The notes under the pieces: model-generated
Told to the model about the DNA's origin: nothing
Database searches by the model: none
The model's input: only the letters and a program-made list of their open reading frames with translations
Assembly (NCBI GenBank): GCA_043809315.1
Contig: JAZDDX010000028.1
Span: 1-50,795, forward strand
Direction of reading: 5' to 3'
Source: Pseudomonadota bacterium
Lineage (GTDB): Bacteria; Bdellovibrionota_G; JALEGL01; DATDPG01
DNA: 50,795 nucleotides
Shown here: one piece after another, positions 44,899 through 50,795 of the stretch
How positions within the stretch are numbered: position 1 is the first letter of the stretch
Layout of the letters: every line of letters begins with the position of its first letter
Translations under genes and position numbers: made by a program

Positions 44899-45057
44899 GG
44901 TTCCTCCCTTGAAGGACTAAACTGTAAAAACAGCACAATTCCGTGAAAACTTCATGCTTTTCGTGTGTTGCTATGATGAGGCTCGATCCTACGAACCTTC
45001 GAGGGCTCATTTTCGAACTGAGTGTATGGCACCGGCGGTCTGATGGCGGCGTCGGTC

Positions 45058-45447
45058 TTACGGCTCGGTTACCCCCGCGAACACCATTCCGACCATGACC
45101 CCGTCATCGGGAACCGGGCGCTCGTAAACATTAGACAATCGATACGGATGTTGAGCCAAATAATCAGGTACAGCCTCCAGAGGCACAAGCTGCGGTGTCA
45201 CCGTGGCTACGTATTCTGTGACGGAAGGGGGGAGAAATCTCCCCTTCGTAACAGCATGGCCGATCTTCAGGTTGCCTTGTTCGATCAGATAGATTCGTGA
45301 CGGTTTCAAACCGAGGATGGTGTCGAGACCCTTCTTCCAGTCAATGTGTTGGAGGACCAGCACTGCCGCCACGCCGTCGTATGGATCTGGCAGGCGGGTT
45401 TTCTCAATATCATCCACAACACTATTTCGGGACCAACCAGGAGCCAT
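45058..45447 (-). pseudogene. Probable C-terminal fragment of a class I SAM methyltransferase
   Basis: DDIE...YDGVAAVLVLQHIDW resembles the motif III/IV region; no Gly-rich SAM loop; begins right after the att-like repeat. Confidence 0.45.
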
Positions 45448-45464
45448 TTAAGTGTTTGGAATTA

Positions 45465-45486
45465 TTGGCTCCCCGGCACGGACTCG
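45465..45486 (-). repeat. 22-bp exact copy of tRNA-Asn 3' end (att-like)
   Basis: TTGGCTCCCCGGCACGGACTCG is identical to 45843-45864. Confidence 0.9.
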
Positions 45487-45498
45487 CGCCGCAGTCGC

Positions 45499-45792
45499 CT
45501 AGGCCGCAGGCTTCTTCTCTTTGGGCGGCTTCGGAGCCTTGGGGGCCGCAGCCTCCTTGGCGGGCTTCTCAGCTTTTGCCTCGGCCGGCGCCTCCTTGGG
45601 CGGTTGCCACTGGAGGGTTTCGATGGTGTGTTTGATCTTCTGGGCGTCGGCCAGGAAGTGACGCATCATCGGGTCGTTCGCGATGCGTTTTTCGTCCAGC
45701 CCCTTTGCCGCGAGGGCTTTTTTGTGGGACTCGACCCTTACCTGCACCCGACTCAGGCGGTCCTGTTTCATCTCAATTTTCCTGGTATTCAT
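45499..45792 (-). CDS. Small basic helical protein with Ala/Lys/Pro-rich tail
   Basis: 97-aa ORF exactly filling the interval between the tRNA and its 3' copy; host-like codon usage. Confidence 0.7.
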   Translation of the reverse strand: MNTRKIEMKQDRLSRVQVRVESHKKALAAKGLDEKRIANDPMMRHFLADAQKIKHTIETLQWQPPKEAPAEAKAEKPAKEAAAPKAPKPPKEKKPAA

Positions 45793-45843
45793 GGTCGGCC
45801 TTTCTCGCGCGAGGGTCGTAAAATTCGTTCAGAGTGAAAAAGT

Positions 45844-45919
45844 TGGCTCCCCGGCACGGACTCGAACCGCGGACCCGCTGGTTAACAGCCAGCTGCTCTA
45901 CCGACTGAGCTACCGGGGA
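45844..45919 (-). tRNA. tRNA-Asn (GTT)
   Basis: TCCCCGG-TAGCTCAGTCGGTAGAGC-A-GCTGG-CTGTTAA-CCAGC...GGTTCGAGTCC...CCGGGGA-G-CCA; 76 nt with encoded CCA. Confidence 0.97.
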
Positions 45920-45956
45920 GTGATGGGAAGATAACCGCTGACATCGGACTCGTCAA

Positions 45957-46814
45957 CTAGGGATTGGAGGCGAGTTTCCCGATGATCGGGGCGAGAGACG
46001 CCCGGATTTGCTGGGCAATGGTTTCATCCACCTTCCCGCTCGTCTCGTCCATGAAGACCTTCTTGATGTCCAGCGGCACGATCAGGGCGGCCGGGTATTT
46101 GGGGGCCAGAGCCGATATGATCGCGCCGTCCCCCTTGAAGACGTCGTTCTCCGCCACCGTTACGGCGGCGCCGTTGAGTTGAACCCCCTTGAGATCGGCC
46201 AGAAGCTGGTCGATGGCTTTTGTGTGACTCTTCCGGTCTAGTTTCGTCGTTCCGACGTTGAAGACGGGGAGGGTGCTGGTTCGGGCGCCGTAGAGCGGCC
46301 GCTTGTGACTGTACGTGTGAACGTCGAGAACCGTGGCCTTGCCGAACTTCATGATCGACTCGTTCACGAAAAAATCGATCAGCTCGTGCGCCTCGTCGTA
46401 CTTCTGGTACGAGATCTCCATCTCCTCCTTCGTCGGAGGGGTCTGCCAGACCTTTCGTCCCCAGCATTGGAACGGCTTGAGATAGATCGCCTGCTCCCGT
46501 TTTCGGTCGACGTCGTATTCATATCGTGAGTCGAGGCCGATCAGTTGAACCGGGAAGTCGGCGATGAAGTAATCAGAGTACGTGTCCTCGTCGTATTTTC
46601 TCTCCTCCGCCTCGATCCCCATCTTTGACTGCAGCTCCTCCCGGATCCGGCTTCCGGCATGAACGGCGAGGCCGATCAACGGCTTGAACTCCTTCACGCG
46701 CAGAAGCATCGTCCCCATCGGGGAGAGCGCTTCAAACGGCGCACTTTCGTCCAACTTCTTCTTCAGGTCGGCCCAGGTGAACCGGGGCAGACGTTCTAAG
46801 AGTTTTTCATCCAT
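45957..46814 (-). CDS. N-formylglutamate amidohydrolase-like protein
   Basis: AVHAG, SRYEYDVDR, DVHTY, PVFNVGT and ENDVFKG motifs. Confidence 0.8.
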   Translation of the reverse strand: MDEKLLERLPRFTWADLKKKLDESAPFEALSPMGTMLLRVKEFKPLIGLAVHAGSRIREELQSKMGIEAEERKYDEDTYSDYFIADFPVQLIGLDSRYEYDVDRKREQAIYLKPFQCWGRKVWQTPPTKEEMEISYQKYDEAHELIDFFVNESIMKFGKATVLDVHTYSHKRPLYGARTSTLPVFNVGTTKLDRKSHTKAIDQLLADLKGVQLNGAAVTVAENDVFKGDGAIISALAPKYPAALIVPLDIKKVFMDETSGKVDETIAQQIRASLAPIIGKLASNP

Positions 46815-47901
46815 GGAGTATGGCCGGCAGGAATGCCGGGTCTACGAGTTTCTTGTTTTTCATCAGCTCTTTCACGAGGGGTAGGTGGTGTACGGCGATT
46901 CGTCCGGTGTAGAGAAGGTGGATCTCGTCGGCCGTGAGATCTTTTATTTTTTTCGTACCGCTGGAATAAATGTGGTCCCGGACATACCCGCCCGGCTCAT
47001 GGGTTTCGCGGAGGCCCCGTTTGCTTAATACCGTGATGGTGTAGGCCTCCTCGGGTGAGAAGAATTTAACCAGACGGCGGAACATGTCAAAGAACGAATG
47101 TTTCGGGGCGAGGGCGGCGGCGAGCATCCGGCCTGCCAAGCGCCGTTGAATCGGCGGGATCAGGAGGCCGAGACGCTCCTCGAGAACGAGCGCGAGCCCC
47201 TCCTCGGTTTCGATGTACCCGTCCAAACCGAGAGAGAACGCGCGAAGCGGCTGTCGTTCCCCGTTCGCGGCCCGGTAGACATGCACTTCGACGACGTGAT
47301 GGAGGAGGCGGTCGAGCATCTTCCCGCTGATCACGATCCCCGGCAGAAGACGTACCTTGTGGTGGGCCGAATCGGCCTCGGCGAACGTGATGGTGAGCGG
47401 ATCCTCGACGACATCCCACCCTTCAATCCGGTCGGCCCGAAGCTTCTCCCGGATCTCGGTTGCCAGCGCCTTGACCCCGACCGTAGTGGTCGGCTCATCG
47501 GCAGCCGGAACGGAGTCGAGCAGGCGGATCGCCTCCTTGACGACGGCGTCATTCGGGGTCCCGTAGAGCTGCATCGCCTTCAGCGTGATCGCGGGGGTGC
47601 CGCGGCTTTCCGCCAGTTCGAGGCGAAGGAGATATTCCGCGCGAACCCGATCGAAACAGACCTCTAGAGCGGTCGTTCCGAACGTCAGATCGGCAAGGCG
47701 TTTCTTAGATCCCGGAAGGGTGGCGGGGAGAGGGTTGTATTCGAAGACCGGTTGGTACGTCTTCCCATCCTCCCAGGCAGCCAGAAATTTTTCCCGTTCC
47801 TCCCGGGAGTTCACCGGGTTGAGGTAGTGGAACAGTCTGAAATCATGGAGGATTTCAAAGAAGGTATGGTCGGCTTTTTGGATCGTATCTTCGGGGGTCA
47901 C
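46807..47901 (-). CDS. DUF1704 / QEGLA-motif (MATCAP-related) metallopeptidase-like protein
   Basis: LNPVN, LYG.P, H.xxxH...NG..QP, TEEGLA and KRG motifs; paired with the FGase-like gene. Confidence 0.82.
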   Translation of the reverse strand: MTPEDTIQKADHTFFEILHDFRLFHYLNPVNSREEREKFLAAWEDGKTYQPVFEYNPLPATLPGSKKRLADLTFGTTALEVCFDRVRAEYLLRLELAESRGTPAITLKAMQLYGTPNDAVVKEAIRLLDSVPAADEPTTTVGVKALATEIREKLRADRIEGWDVVEDPLTITFAEADSAHHKVRLLPGIVISGKMLDRLLHHVVEVHVYRAANGERQPLRAFSLGLDGYIETEEGLALVLEERLGLLIPPIQRRLAGRMLAAALAPKHSFFDMFRRLVKFFSPEEAYTITVLSKRGLRETHEPGGYVRDHIYSSGTKKIKDLTADEIHLLYTGRIAVHHLPLVKELMKNKKLVDPAFLPAILHG

Positions 47902-47911
47902 TGGGTTGGTC

Positions 47912-47939
47912 TTGACTGTGGTTGGTTATCACCTAAACT
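47912..47939 (+). promoter_or_regulatory. Sigma70-like promoter for guaBA
   Basis: TTGACT, 16 nt, TAAACT. Confidence 0.55.
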
Positions 47940-47971
47940 CCGCCGCACGCGCGGGCGCGGTGGGGGCGTAA

Positions 47972-50795
<2,824 letters not shown>

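Overview
GC-rich genomic window from a diderm bacterium, indicated by many lipoproteins, an outer-membrane beta-barrel and a YdbH-like envelope protein; the taxon cannot be fixed from this sequence alone. Left part (1-21.4 kb): an SH3b gene, a trypsin-TPR protease, an unusual SPLIT Rhs/Tc-like locus, and an operon encoding a YdbH-like protein, a DUF1318 lipoprotein and a 2545-aa PD40-TPR-CHAT protein. In the Rhs locus, a 1857-aa secreted SpvB/FG-GAP/YD-repeat shell stops just before the Rhs core. Two following genes each carry their own signal peptide, the missing Rhs core and a different C-terminal domain, one of them a HExxH metallopeptidase. Middle (21.4-42.4 kb): S41 and S8 proteases, an OMP, family-5 UDG with an apparent ATA start, a mycobacterial Sdh1-type succinate dehydrogenase, a divergent transketolase, a D-Ala-D-Ala dipeptidase, a nucleobase deaminase/cupin/permease group, EamA, Acr3 and a frameshifted MFS transporter. 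Right part (42.4-50.8 kb): small AT-richer segments stacked downstream of tRNA-Asn and separated by copies of its 3' end, an FGase/DUF1704 pair with altered catalytic motifs, and guaB-guaA. All calls are motif-based by eye; no database searches were run.
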